A stretch of DNA of 63,257 nt, the filler included, from Reticulomyxa filosa (lineage: Eukaryota > Protista > Foraminifera), in assembly GCA_000512085.1 (NCBI GenBank). It is 19 parts of 19 records of this genome, joined end to end, with 100 filler letters (N's around TTAATTAATTAA, not from the genome) between each part and the next. Parts side by side here need not be neighbours in the genome. Positions count along the whole stretch, not along the records: positions 13,321 to 14,892 come from ASPP01043055.1; positions 14,993 to 21,677 come from ASPP01007303.1; positions 21,778 to 29,241 come from ASPP01022839.1; 16 more parts are not named here. One strand, 5' to 3'. The notes beneath the pieces are model-generated. The model did no database searches. It was not told the origin of the DNA and saw only the letters and a list, made by a program, of their open reading frames with translations. Both the position numbers and the translations under genes were made by a program. Shown one piece after another: positions 13,321-27,207 of this stretch. Position 1 is the stretch's first letter; every line of letters starts with the position of its first letter.

Positions 13321-14261
13321 TTCAATTGGTCCGTGCTATTTTCGACACCATCCTTTTCCAAGCTGTCCGACAGCGATATCATCAACATATTCTCTTCGTC
13401 GTTGTCACTGCACTCCACAATATGCGCGGGTGTCTCCAATCGAGAAAAATACAACTGCGCCAGCTCCAGTATGCAAGGAATGTATGTCATGTTGCTAGTG
13501 TTCGTTAGCAAATGCACCGGATGCGCTTGCTGCTCTTTCGATTGCTTCGTCTGGCGCGTCGTTCCAACATTTTTCTCCGTTGTCTCTCTCGTCCCCGCTT
13601 TCCCCGTCCTTATCTCGTTACTCGAGTGGCTCGACAGTTGATGAGATATTAATGACATTCCCCCTTTTAAAAAAAAAAAAATACAATAAATATGCATTAT
13701 TGAAATTGAATCAATTAAACAATATAATATATTATATATGCATATATGACGTTCAAAAAAAAAGCAAACTTCCTAATCGATCAATCGTTTTATGTACGAT
13801 TTGCATTCTCATATAGTACTTCCAATCATGCGCTCTAACTCTTTTTTGGACGAGCTGTTGGTGTTAGCGCCGTCGTGTTTTTGTTTGAGTTGGTGAATAG
13901 AAGAGGACGGGGGTAGAATGAGAGAAGGTGTTTTGGGATTCAAGTTAGGATGGTAGCGTTGGTCAATGATAGCGTCTTTTTCGGCGCAGGGGTCGATCAA
14001 TTGCTGGGACTGAATGCACTCCCATACTTCGTCCAACACAGTCTTTTCACTGCAACTGGGCGGGGTGGGATGAAGATTTGCGCCAATGCAAAACGTGGAC
14101 AACGTGGGCAAATGATCTGCATTGTGCTGCTTCACTTTCGAATGGCCGCTCAAGCTGCGACTGTTGATGCTGCTTTTCGCCATGGTGGCTGGTCCGTGGC
14201 GCGAGCATGTCAATATTGTACATAGGGTAATCATTGCCACTATTTGTGATATCATTGTCAC
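13321..14261 (-). CDS. Hypothetical protein, at least two exons, 3'-partial
   Basis: Two GC-richer open frames (13809-14261 and about 13321-13660) separated by an AT-rich intron-like stretch. No recognisable motif. Confidence 0.45.
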
Positions 14262-15130
14262 AATAAGGATTTGTACTTTTTTTTTTTAATTTTATTTTAT
14301 TTGCCCCCCAAATTTATTTGCTTTAACCTATTTTTTTTCACATTAATATTTAAAAAAAATACTGCAATGCTGACACCATTGTTTTTTCAATAATCACCTT
14401 CGGGGGAAATTAAATAAATTCAAATCCAAAAAAAACACTTAACTTTTAATGAAGAAATTCATTTGCTTGTAATTAGAAAATGCAAAATTGTTTCTTATTA
14501 TCGCGTTATATCAAATGTGGAGTTTGGAAAACTAATTACAACAAAATTTCAATTTTTTATTTTTTTCACTGTGATTGGCATTAGACAAAAAAAACGCAAA
14601 AAAAGCAATAACAAGTAAAGACAAAGCAAACAGTAGCCAAAAACCATCATACTTTCACAATGTACAAATTTTGCAAAAAAAACAAAAAAAAAATTTCTGT
14701 TAATAAAAAATTGAGTTTTCTCAAAAACTACGCAACGTAGAAGACTAATCTTTTTTTTTACAAATATCTACGCATTGAGAACTTTCTGAAAATGCTTTAA
14801 AAACGTTGGCAAGTTTCATGGTTACGAGGTAGGCACAATTGTCAACTTTTTCTCGAAAAGTTTCAAAAATGAATAAAATATTCAAATTTTTTNNNNNNNN
14901 NNNNNNNNNNNNNNNNNNNNNNNNNNNNNNNNNNNNTTAATTAATTAANNNNNNNNNNNNNNNNNNNNNNNNNNNNNNNNNNNNNNNNNNNNTATCATTT
15001 TTCAATATATCCTGGTACAACTTTTTGTTTATGGATGATATCGTTTTTTTTTTTTTTTTTTAAAAAAAAAAAGAAGGAAATATAGACAGTGATATTCAAC
15101 AACGAAAAATAGCTAAACTATTTCAAACCA

Positions 15131-16072
15131 TTGGCAGCTTTTCGACGTAATTTCGGAAATGTGAATTGTGCGAGATTTTCGCCAGATGGGACCAAGATGA
15201 TTTTATCCTGTCAGGACGGGGTAATTCGAATCTGGTCAATCAAGCCCAGAAAGGAAATCCAACAATTACGAGGACATCAGAATGGAGTGCGTTGTGCCGA
15301 GTTTTCACCAAATCGTAATATCATTGTGTCTTGTTCGAAGGATAAAACAATTCGATTGTGGGATGTGAATTCTGGACAGATGATCATAACACTCAATGGG
15401 CATTCGCAGTTGGTAACGAGTGCTCGATTTTCACCAGATGGCAATTTCATTGTATCTGGGTCACATGACGCAACAATCCGAATATGGGATCTCACTTCTG
15501 GAAAAGAGGGGAAGATATTGGTGGGACATTCCGATTGGATACGCGATGTGAAATTTTCACCAGATGGTCAAACTCTTGTATCTTCTTCCTCTGACAAAAC
15601 CATTGCAATATGGGATATCAAGTCATGTGACAAAGTGATGGAATTGAAAGGACATTCCAAAACTGTCATAACAGCAGAATTTTCTCCTGATGGTCGCTTC
15701 ATTGTGTCATGCTCCACAGACAGGACTATTCGATTATGGAATGTGAGCTCGGGAACAGAAATCAAAAAATTCACAGAGCCTTCCGCCACAATCACTGGCG
15801 TACGCTTTTTTCCAGATGGACACACTATTGTTGCATGCTCGGATGACAATGTCATTCGATTATGGGATATCAAATTAGGAATGAAAATCCAAGAATTAAG
15901 AGGGTCTGTGTATTGGCAGGAACGACTACGACTTTGTGATATGTATGGATACCCAATCCAAAAATGGACAAACCATAATTTCTGCGTTGTCGGGGTGGAT
16001 GTTTCATCAGGTGGTAATACCATTATATCGACTTCCAGTGATGGAAACATTCGACTGTGGGGATTATTGTAA
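15131..16072 (+). CDS. WD40-repeat protein (about 7 repeats; 5' exon(s) missing)
   Basis: Repeated GH..V..A.FSPDG..IVS.S.D.TIRLWD units. Confidence 0.95.
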   Translation: MAAFRRNFGNVNCARFSPDGTKMILSCQDGVIRIWSIKPRKEIQQLRGHQNGVRCAEFSPNRNIIVSCSKDKTIRLWDVNSGQMIITLNGHSQLVTSARFSPDGNFIVSGSHDATIRIWDLTSGKEGKILVGHSDWIRDVKFSPDGQTLVSSSSDKTIAIWDIKSCDKVMELKGHSKTVITAEFSPDGRFIVSCSTDRTIRLWNVSSGTEIKKFTEPSATITGVRFFPDGHTIVACSDDNVIRLWDIKLGMKIQELRGSVYWQERLRLCDMYGYPIQKWTNHNFCVVGVDVSSGGNTIISTSSDGNIRLWGLL

Positions 16073-17721
16073 AGATATATAAAACGCTTTTCAAACCATT
16101 TTTTTTTTTTTTTTTTGCATTTTTTTGTTGTATAAACACGGACCATCGAATGCAATAGTATGTATATTCTTTCTGAAACATCGGAAATAACAAAAATGCA
16201 AATATTCAACTTGACTTTTGCATTTAATCGATTATTCCCAATGTGTGGGTTGATCTTCGAGGGGTTCTATTGTTATTGTCTTGAGTTGTTGATCATTTTT
16301 TGGTATTTCTTTTGTGAACGATAAAACAGTTTTTGACAAAATGTTTACCGAAAACGGTCAAACAACTTTACTGAATTCGACTAAATTTTATCTTTTATAT
16401 ATATATAATATTTACAACTTTGTTCTTCGTTTTTTTAGATTTATTATTATTGGTTACATTGTTCAAAGTCGCTTTGTCTTTTGTAATTGCTCTGTCACTT
16501 CTTTGAATTCATGTACAAATTCAAAGATAGAGTTACCATTCATGAAACTATAATTCAGTCTTCATTCAGCTAGGATAAATAATTGGAATACTCGGAAACA
16601 TCTTGTTTATGGTTACGAAAACAAGAAAAGTGTCACCTTGAATGAACTTTTGCAGTCAATATCCTGTTGAAATTGTAAACCTAAGACTAAAATTTCGAAG
16701 GAAGTGCTCATCCTCAATTATAGCGGAATCCGGCTTTGTTTTAAAATCATCTTTTTTGCAAGACCTCAAAAGTTCAGCAACAAGGCACAAATCTGAACAG
16801 TGTAAAAAGCTTGAGTAGCGAGTTTGTAGTGCCAATATTTTGTTTTTTGTTTTCCCTCTCTCTTTTGCTTAAATATATTCCCTCTAAACAAAGGAAATGT
16901 CCCATGTAACAATCTCTTGCAACGCAACTTTACAAGAAAAAAAGAAAGAAAGTGTTACAACGACATACAATCAAGAAAACCTTGACAATTTTGTTGCAAC
17001 AAATTTGTTGCGAGTCGAACAAATGTTATCATTGCAGTTTGCAGCCTTGTATAACATCTTACAAATGGAAGTGTTAAGTGCATTTTTTTATTGAAAGTGT
17101 AATACGATTGGCAGTACTGATGTGAAAAATGATTGGTTTGACAAATTATTTTTGATCATGATAGAACCCAATCTTTGGGGAAGCTGGCTCCTCCAATTCA
17201 ACTGATGCCTTCAACAAATGATCCCATTGCAACAGAAGTCAAAGTTCAAAAAAGAAGGAAGGCAAAACGTGTCAAAAGAAGAGTACCATAGGATCGAAAT
17301 TTCAAGACCCTATCGCGACCAATATTTTGATAATTTGATTGAGTGAAAAAAGTGTAACCGATTAGCTTACGACCTGACTTACAACATTTAATGTCCCCCT
17401 CAAAGTTTTTTGCCTTAGTTTTTGAAAGAGGCACTCGAATTTTGTAAACATTTAAGCCAATTTTTAACACTTCTTGAAATAATCAAGTTTATTTCGTATA
17501 TTGAATTTGTTAAGAAAAATTTTGAAGCGTAAACAAAAAATAAAGAAAGAGAAATAACAACGGACACATTGCTAATACGTGAAAATTCAAAAAAAAACCA
17601 AACATTTAACACATAAATTTGGATTTTTTTGTTTCGCACATTGGATCTTTCCTCCCTTTGACAAATTAAAAAGGAAGACAACGGGTTTTTATTCCAACTT
17701 TTCCCTCCAAACACACTGTTT

Positions 17722-19384
17722 TCACATCACTCTTCTTTTTTTGTTTAATGGTTCTCCTGTTTCCAGTCGTTGTATTGAACTTGTTGGTACTCCACCAATG
17801 TTTGTCTGCTAAAAAAAAAATATCAATTGTCACACACAATCGAGAACATGCTTGGATTACGATACAAGTGATTTGATTCAAAAACAAACAAAAATCCTAA
17901 CATTGATTAATCCAAGCGAAGTGGGAACCACCGATCCAAGAGCTACTTGTCCTGGTTTATCAAATACTGGATTGCCATTAGTTGGACACGCTTTAATCCA
18001 GTGTCCAGGTTGGTTGCATCGATGACAAATGTATCCTGTTGGGGGTGGTTTGGAGAAATCTTGCGAATCACCTTGGTTGTCCATTGGACAATGTTGAATC
18101 CAGTGTCCTTTAAAAAAAAAAAAGCATTTTCAACACACCTCGCTGCTTTTCCAATTTTTATTTGTGATCTTGAGCAACAACATTTTTTTTCATACCTCCA
18201 ATTTTACACTTGTGACATACATAATCCGCGGGAGGTTTGCTTCTGCCTACATTGTTAGGTTTGTTGACAGCTGTAATGCCATTGAAAGTTGTGTTTGGAC
18301 AATCTTGAATGTAGTGACCAGAAATGCCACATTTCCGACAAACATAATTTCCCTTTGGTATTGCTCGCGACATCGTAGTCAGCATGTTTGTCTGATTTAA
18401 AAGTCCTAAGTTTGTTAAATCATTGCCATTGTTTACTATAAAAGAATTTGTCAACCCAGATGTTGTATTCAAATATCCCCCAGCACTGTAAGACAAACAA
18501 ACACACCACAAAAACAACAACAAAACAAGGAAAAAAAACCAAAAAAAAAAGGGGGAGAAATAAAATAAAATAAATAAAACCAATCAGGAAATGAAGATCG
18601 AATGGGAAAGAGGCACACAATTTGCCATACAGACCCACAAGTCAGCCAAATTCCAGTAGAGCAAGTTGCCCCGTAACGAAACGAAATAAAATGAAATGAA
18701 CAACAACAAAAACCAAGGCCAGGGGCCACGAGAGAAATGACAAAAATAACAATGACATTAATTGTTAAATGGACAAATGGACAATAATAATAATCAATCG
18801 CAACCGCAACAAACACAGTAGAGTAGGGTATAATTAGTTGTGACAACAACAAAAAACAAACAACATCCCCAAAAATTTGCAGTTTGTCGGGTCTCTTTAA
18901 CATAATAATAAAAAAAAGAGTTAGGGAAAGAGAGGCAATTATTGATTGACAAAAAAAATAAAAATAAATAAATTGGGTTATAGTTAAAACCAAATTAACC
19001 CAAAGTAAGGAGAAAAAAAAAAAATTAAAAAATCGAGAGGTGGAGAAAAAAAAAATCCTCCGCGATTTCGGGAAAAAAGTGACAAAAAAAATTTTATTTT
19101 ATCTTCCCCTTTTTTTTAAAAAAAAATCCATCTTTGGAAACCTAAAAAAAACAGTCATACCTTAGGCCTTGCATGTACGTCATATCGATCATCTTGAGCA
19201 ATGTGTTTACTTCTGATGAAGACATTCGAACAACAGCACTATGTGGGGCTTTGCCCTGTGCTGATAATTGTACAATGTGTGTTTCTGCTTGGGACAATTT
19301 CGTTTTGAGAGAATCTAATTCCGCAGTTGTGAAAGTGTATGGTACAACTGGTTGTTGAAGTAATAAGCCTGATGTGCCCAACAT
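17722..19384 (-). CDS. Protein with three CX2CX3GHX4C zinc knuckles (RBBP6/Mpe1-type), 4 exons
   Basis: YVCRKCGISGHYIQDCP, YVCHKCKIG|GHWIQHCP (split by an intron) and PPTGYICHRCNQPGHWIKACPTNGNP. GT-AG introns join in frame. The protein ends EPLNKKRRVM* (NLS-like). Confidence 0.8.
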
Positions 19385-19954
19385 TTGAATTTTATTGAAG
19401 TCTTGCTTAGTAAAAAACTTTTTAAACTTAAATCTAACTTTTCCCCAAAAAAAAAAACTGCAAGCAAACTCAGGAAGTTAAAGTTTTGCTTGGTACAAAC
19501 AACAAAAACCTTGTGATTGCTCTTTTTTGTTTTGTAACGAAGCACATCAATAACAAAAAGCAAATTGAATTATTTGAACGTAACCACAGCAAAAAATTAA
19601 TTATTACTTTCTTACTTTAATAAAATAGCAGGTCAAAGTGTAGTGAAAGTCACATCCCATGAATCATAATCGAATCTAAAATTGCATAATACAGCTTCTT
19701 TCTTTTCGCATTTAAAGTATTTGTAGTGTCTTGTATAAAAGTATTTTCCTGTTATTTACTACATTAAAAAAAATTGGATATTTTAAACGAAATGATTTTT
19801 TTTAATGTTCCCAATTGCAAAACACAATAATAATCCAGATTTTGTGTATAATTTAAGTTTTGAGAAAGAATGAAACAAAATTTTGAAAATATTGTTGTTA
19901 GACGAAATTTTTACTTGATTAATATATAATTGTAAAAAAAAAAAAAAACTAACA

Positions 19955-20519
19955 ATGGCTGGCATTGAGGCCTTAAGTATTACCAATACACAAGTAAATT
20001 TGATAAGTCCAGCATCTAGCTTGGAGATAACAGTATGGGTAATGTGTCTCTCTTTTGTAATAGGTTGGAGGGGCTGTAACAGCGTTTTTTGGAGAGAAAA
20101 AAAAAATATGATCATGGAATGAACGCATAGAAGAACCCACTTTACTTGGGCGAAGCAACGAAAGTGCAAGCATTGGAATCGTGCCAAAAAAAAAGCATAG
20201 AATGCATCCAAGCGTTACTGGAGTATTTGAGCAGTATTCCACACCACCAAGCTCACGTAAATGAGAATAAGCAAACAAAAAAAAAAAAAGTAGCACAATA
20301 TAAAACATTCCACCCCTTTGATGTGTTGGGGGGACACATAGATTCATTTGTTAATGAAAGACTGTGAGTCGTACGATGACAAGACGCATCGAATCTCATT
20401 GGAAGATGTGGAGCAAGTGCTACTGAAAATAGTGTGCGACGCAATGGATTATCGCCAAAAGAGCCACGACGGCAATAGGATTGACAGCAATAATAATAAT
20501 AATAGTAATAATAATAATA

Positions 20520-20574
<55 letters not shown>

Positions 20575-21677
20575 GTGGATGACACAGAAAGAAAAAGAGC
20601 ATTTGATAAAGTGTTTTCACGACATATTGAAATCCAATCAAGATAAACGCAAATTGAAACATACATATCCAATTCGAACATTGGCAGCCAATCTGCATCA
20701 ATACTTGCAGCAATATTTAATGGAACATGGTTTCGACATCACCCAATTATTTTCAAAGACTTTTTATACCCATCATCATCATCATCATAGCAATAATAAT
20801 AATAATAATAATAATCAATTGAAGCGTAAAATAGATAATAAATGTAACACAAAGAACATTGGCGGAGTTGGAGGTGGGGCTTGTCAATTCAAGCCAAAGA
20901 CTGCATGTATGAATGAAAAAAAAAAGAAAGAGGAAGACATGACGTATACAAATGCAAATGCAAATGCAAATGCAAATGCGCATGCAAATGTGCATGTAAA
21001 TGTGAATGCAAACACAAATGTACATGTAAATGCAAATGCAAATGTAAATACACAAGACAAAAGTGGAAAAAGCGAAAAAAGACTTGGATGAGAGCCCGTA
21101 TTCGATTGAGCCAGACCTCTCTGTGACGAAAGCCAAAGACCCCAATGTGACAACGAGTCAGAGTTTGGTGATTACACCGCTCTCGATTGATCCGTCGACG
21201 CGCGATCACCCTTTGCACAGGTCAAACAGTCGCACGCTTGTGTCCATGGGTGGCGCTACAAATGTCACTTCCATTGTCAATGTTACTCCTAATGTCAATT
21301 CCAACGTCAATTCCAACGTCAATTCCAACGTCAATTCCAACGTCAATGTTAATTCCAATTTCAATTCTAATTCTAATTTTAATTCTAATTCTAGCTTTAC
21401 ACCATTTTCCACTTCAGCTTTGACAGTGATTGCCAAAGGCACACCTATTGGAGCAAAGCCACACGAACAGCAGAACATGTCGAATAGCAAAGACAGTGAC
21501 AAAGACAAGAAAAAAGAGGGGAAAACAAACGGAGAAGCCAACGGACAGTTGCCTTTGGCGAATGAAAGAGACTCGCGAGTATCTGCCGGCAGTGCGTCCA
21601 ATGCGAGTGCAACAAGTCGCACCACATCTCGCAGTCGATCTTCTTCTTCTTCTTCTTCTTCTTCTTCTTCTTCTTCT
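19955..21677 (+). CDS. Low-complexity hypothetical protein (poly-N, poly-H, NA/NV repeats, poly-S), multi-exon, 3'-partial
   Basis: Exons join via GT-AG (MAGIEAL...EIT|KNPLYLGEA...QAH|IHLLMKD). Contains (AAT)n, (GCAAAT)n, (AATTCCAACGTC)n and (TCT)n repeats. The frame change near 20900-21090 is unresolved. Confidence 0.55.
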
Positions 21678-21779
21678 NNNNNNNNNNNNNNNNNNNNNNN
21701 NNNNNNNNNNNNNNNNNNNNNTTAATTAATTAANNNNNNNNNNNNNNNNNNNNNNNNNNNNNNNNNNNNNNNNNNNNTT

Positions 21780-22040
21780 AAACGAAATTATACACCAGAT
21801 TGTAAATGGTGCGAAGGAGAAAAAGAAACTTTGGATCATTTTTTAATGAAATGCCAACACTATGAAGGACTTAGAAATTCATGGCGTGCAGCAATAAGAG
21901 AATTGCTGCCGTTTTTTCGATTCACAACATCAAACATGAGAAGTTTGGTAATTGGAGATAAGACATGGGAACCTGAGACAAGAATCAAAATTGTCAAGCA
22001 ACTTCCAAAATTTGTTCTGGCAACCAATAGAAATATTTAG
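21780..22040 (+). mobile_element. 3' end of a non-LTR retrotransposon (LINE) ORF2, CCHC zinc-finger tail
   Basis: Frame reads TPDCKWCEGEKETLDHFLMKCQHYEGLR...FVLATNRNI*, the C-x2-C...ET.xH.xx.C motif typical of LINE RT C-termini. Located at a contig start, as expected for a repeat. Confidence 0.75.
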
Positions 22041-22600
22041 AGTGAAAAAGGTGAATGATAAATCTTTTAGAAAGGTATATTTTAATGTGTACCTCCAAAT
22101 AAAAAAGTTTGGAGTACTTTGAAATTTTGATTATTTTTTTTAAGTTACAAGATGTTTGTCGCAGATCGAAAGACAATAATATTATTGTGATTGTGTGACA
22201 ACTTGTGACTCTTTTTTCGTTTTATTTGTGCCATGACTTTTGGTCCAGGTACTTAACTTGCTTTTGATGCATTTTGAGAAAGTTTGGGCAAAAAATCAGT
22301 GGTTTGTGAATGACGAAGGAGTGAGTAATCAAACACAATCACGCCCATCCAAATGCAAAGCTCTAAAAAAAATTAAATTTTGGCTGGTGTAATAAATAAA
22401 GTATTAAGTGACAGAACATCGGAAATCACCAAATTGAAATAAGTCAAACAGAAACAGAACAACTCAAACAAAAAAATTTGCTGTTCTCGTCAACAAACAA
22501 GAAGCATGTTTGTAATTTGATATTGTTAGTGATTGCATCGTAAGCTATACGTCTCAAAACAAACAACACAATAAATACACCAACAAACGGGATTCAAATC

Positions 22601-24643
22601 CTATTCCATCAAGATATTACCAAAAAATCCATTACCAATTGGCGCACTATTTGACAAACTTTTCGAAGCTACTTTGATATCGTCGTCATCTTGCTTGCAC
22701 GTAGAAATCTGAGATTGAGTATTTATATATTTTTCGAAAGGTATTTCGATCTCTTGCTGTGTCAAGCTTTCGTTTGTGATTTTGTTGGTAGTGTCATCAC
22801 TTAATGGAGCCATCAACAGCTCAAGTGCCTTTGAAAGTGAATTATATGTACACATAAATGGAAACAAAATATTTTTGTTCAACAACCAAAATTGATACGT
22901 GATATTTTTTTCTTTGTGTCTTATATTACTTGGAATTAAAGGAAGAGAATGTACAAAACTAAAAGAGTCATGAGCTGGCATCCAACGGGTAGACACCTTT
23001 CATCGACTTGGAATGTTGGTTTATGATGACCATGAATTTCATCACCGTCAACACCGCATCCAAGAAAAAAAAAGCACCAGGTCTTTCTCGTAAGAAAAAA
23101 GAAAAATCTTCCGCTGTCATAGCTGGAGTACACTCCTCAAACCCATTTGGTAAAACTTGCTCCGCTATAAACTTAACTTGGTCAAACCCGATTTTATGAT
23201 TAATAGTTGGAGGATAGTGCGTACCCCATTGCAACCTCACTGCAACTCCAAAAGAGGCTTCAGCCCCTTGGCAAACTTCATTCATCCTCTGGGATAATTT
23301 CCGAAACACCTCATCGTTTAAATAACGGATAGTACCTTCTAAAGCACCTTCATCTTCACATGCACATACGTACACACAATTAAAAAAAAAATACTAAAAA
23401 AAAACAAATAAATTTATTAATAAATACTTATTACCTGCAATTACATTGGAGCGATACCCCGAAGCAATCTTTCCAATTGTTAACACAGCACTATCCAATG
23501 CTTAAAAAAAAATATATACAAATACACATTTACATATACGTATACACGTATCAAAAATATGTATATTTGTAATAATGTTAAAAGAAAGAGAGAAAGATAT
23601 TAAATATTTGTTTGATTTGATATGCAAACGTGAAATATTTCTTGGAACAATGGAATGTAATTGTACGGCCAACTGTGCACAAGCGACAATAACATTGTCA
23701 TTGGTACCATCAGGAACGGCAGCAGCATAACCACCACTAACTCCGTTAATCTTGACACGAAATTGGATTGATCCCGCCATTAATGGACCCATCCGACAAT
23801 GTATTGTTCCGAATTTGGCATAGCTCCACACATGTAGTCCATACACTTGATCAACACGAGGATTTTCCAACACTCCTTCCTCGATCATTTTCTTCGCACC
23901 GCCACCGCCTTCTTCTGCAGGCTGGAACACAAATTTTATACTTCCGTGAATATAACTACGCAACCTCGATAAGATTTCCGCTGTTCCCAACAATATTGCC
24001 ATATGGCAGTCATGTCCACATGCATGCATTATACCTTCCTTTGACGACTTGTAGTCAACCTCGTTGCGCTTTTGTATTATTATACGTTTTACTTTTTTTT
24101 TTTTTTTTGGTTATTTTTGTTGCATCCCTCTCTTAACTTCAATGATATTCAATGCGTCCATATCCGCCTTAACCAAAAAAAAAAAAGAAAAGAAATGAAA
24201 TGAAATATGTGAGGTTTTTATCATACTAAACTGGGATTTGTTTTTTTTTTGGTGGAAAGAACAAATAAAAAAATAACTCTTAAAAGAATACAAGATCCAG
24301 GATGATCCCCTTGTAACAATCCCACGACACCTGTTTTGGCAATTCCTGTAGTAACAACATCGAATTTCCACTTTCGCAAAAAATCAGCAATTGTCTCGGC
24401 CGTATTGTACTCTTTATAAGCGAGCTCTGGATACTTGTGGAAATGACGGCGTAGTGTTGTCATCTTTTCTTTCAACTCAAATACCTGTGCGGAGATGTGC
24501 ACTGGAAAGTCGCAATTGAACCATTTTTGAATCTTCTCTGAGGTGTACTTGTTTGCCTCCATACCTTCAATTTCTTTGCCGCCATAATCACTTTCCGTTC
24601 TTTCAACAGAGTTTAGTTGCTCGATTGATCGTCCAGCTCCCAT
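22601..24643 (-). CDS. M20D-family amidohydrolase (hippurate / IAA-amino acid hydrolase-like), multi-exon
   Basis: RRHFHKYPEL, LR|ADMDAL, MHACGHDCH, FQPAEEGGGGA, GLHVW, AEDFSFF and HH.PTF.VDE. At least four GT-AG introns. Frameshift in a homopolymer near 23065-23073. The last exon (22601-22830) is tentative. Confidence 0.92.
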
Positions 24644-26107
24644 TGAAATGAAGTTATTTGCAATGGGTCTGCCTTTTTGTTTGGAGTTTTTTTAGCTCGA
24701 CATTACAGCCAACAACATCACTGTCTCCCATTCTTCTCTAGCTGACAAAGTGCTAGTATTTTGTTCAAGCAGATTCATATAAACTGTTTTTTGTATAAAG
24801 CTTTTTCAATTTTATTGTTACTTCAATAATTAAGAATTGTGAAATTTTTACATAATGAGGATGCTATTTGATTACAATAATGCATTTTTTAAAAGTATCT
24901 ACTTGCCTAAAAAAACAAAATGTGAAAGTTTCATGACGCAAGCGATAATTACTTTCCAATCGTTATCTTATTAGCTTTTTGAAAAATTGTTGATGAAAAT
25001 ACTTGTATTATTTTATTTTATTGAAATCTTGGACACTGACAGCTTTTTTAAAAGCATTTTGTAAAAGTTGTTTTTGTTAGAGTATTTATTGAATAATTTG
25101 TTTTTTTATATTTTGAAAATATTTTTTAAAAATTGGTAAATTATGAAAAAAAATCAAAAATCAAAATCATAATTATTTATCAAAATCATCAACACATACA
25201 AATTTGATTTGTAGGGTTTATATCAAATATTGAATGATAAATTTGACTTCGCCTATTTATTTATTTTATTTATTATTTGTATATTATACAATTGAAATAA
25301 TAAATAAATTATCTTTTCATCAAATAATGTGTATATCATTGTAATCTTATACTCAAACGCTAGTATAGTTCTCTTATTTTTTTTAAAAACATATGGTTTG
25401 ATTAGTTTCTTGTTGATATTAATTAATGTACTGAGTGCTGCGTTTTTTGATTGAAGCAATTACGTGTGAAAATGTAAAGCATATATATAAGTAATTAAAT
25501 CAATTTTTTTAAGTGCACGTTTGTTGGGAAAGCATTCCAAAAAAAAAATTGTGAAAAACACACTATTAAATTCATAATAAACATGGAACCAAATGATGGT
25601 CCTTTTTTGTTTTCCTTCTTTTAATGTTGCATGTTGTGTGATCTTTTGACCAAAAAAATAAAAACAAAAGAATCTTGTTTTATGTACTTAAAGTGTTATT
25701 GTTTACAAATACAAATAAAATAAATATTCTTTTTGTTTTCAAGATTAGTATAAAACATCAATAATGCTTTGATTCATTACCTTATAAATTTTCATGAATC
25801 ACACTTTTTTTTTCTGCAGTTGGTTGAAGAAAACAGACAATTTATTTCAATCAGATTAAATGGAAGAGTTTCTATATTATTGTCATTTATGGGTGAAGTT
25901 CAGTTGTCCACGAAACAACGATTCAAGTTGGACAATATATATACAATTGTACAATAAACAAACGCTCAAAAGGTAGCAAAACACGTGCTGCAAAAAGAAT
26001 ATATCTTCAAATTTTTAAAAATTGGCATATTGTTATCGATTGCAATACAACACTAAGTCACAAAGGATAAAATAAAATTTTTTGTTGTTGTTGGCCATTA
26101 AAAAAAA

Positions 26108-27207
26108 TTATGTGTCTCTGATGAGCCTACTCAATAAAAGTTCCGATTGTTGCATGCAACAGCCAAAACAAAAATTATAAAAATATTTTCCAAACGTAAA
26201 GCTACATAATATCCAAATGCCATTAAAAACACAATCAATAAAGATAGGCAAAATAGCTCCAGTGCTCCAAACAATAGCAAAAGAGATAAGCGAAGAAGTG
26301 ATACTGGTCAAAGCAATGAGACCACATTTTCGAACATGCATAAGCATTTGCATTGTGTCTTGCGAAATTCCATGACCAGATGAATTACCTCCAACACGTA
26401 CAAGATTGAGTTCTTGATTTTTGTGCACTGCACGTACAGTGTAGATAATTCTTGTGACGTACATATACCCTATGGTGATGTTTACTATGCACAAAATGAT
26501 CATTCCAATCACTGTGCCTATTGTGAATGATAGAATAGAAAGACGACATGTCCAATACACTTTTTTCCCATTCACTTCATTGGATGGCGAAGCTAGTATA
26601 TCAAAATCAGAGCTTTTGTAATACCACACGCAATCGGCTTCAATTGCAGTCCAAACATTAGATGTCACAACAAAAAGGGTTACTACTACAAATAATAAAT
26701 ACAATCCCCAAAGACGACATTTTGTAATTCCAAGAAATGACCCCTCGAACACTATTACTAAGTGTCCCATCCCCCCCCCCCTCTATGATATCAAACGTAT
26801 ACGAACGTAACACATGTAAATGTAAATTCATGGTCAGAAGTAGGCACAAAAACAAAAAATAGCAAACCTAATCTTCTCAACCAAAAAAATGCTCCGCCAA
26901 GATATATCAACATCATCACAGTAGTAATAACAAAAATTAATACCTGACAGTCTTGTATATTGTGCAGCCACCATGCCTTTCCTTCACCAATGTAAAACAA
27001 AAATTGCAAACATAATATCAGCCACAATATAGCGTGATAACAGACACACGTGATCTGAAGACTTGAATTTCCATTCTTCAATTTGCACAGATGGTAAAAA
27101 CTAAATGCACAAAAAAAGGTTTCTGCTGCTACTAACAAACACATAACAATTACGTACGTCCCAAAAGGCCGAGGCGTCAGTTGTGATTGCGCACAAATTC
27201 GAGGCAT
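26108..27207 (-). CDS. Seven-transmembrane-like membrane protein, two exons
   Basis: Exon 1 has about 3 hydrophobic helices and exon 2 about 4. The join WLRRL|VIVFEGS uses a GT-AG intron. Cys-rich tail NFCFGCC. Confidence 0.7.

Noticed and set aside
16400-17240. Possible decayed TRAF-type zinc-finger gene on the minus strand (FPKDWVLS fragment)
   Set aside because: Too degenerate to support beyond one short motif.
20253-21625. Antisense ORFs with poly-Y, poly-I, (HL)n or (LELT)n
   Set aside because: These are shadows of microsatellites on the opposite strand. The same applies to many short ORFs across AT-rich regions.
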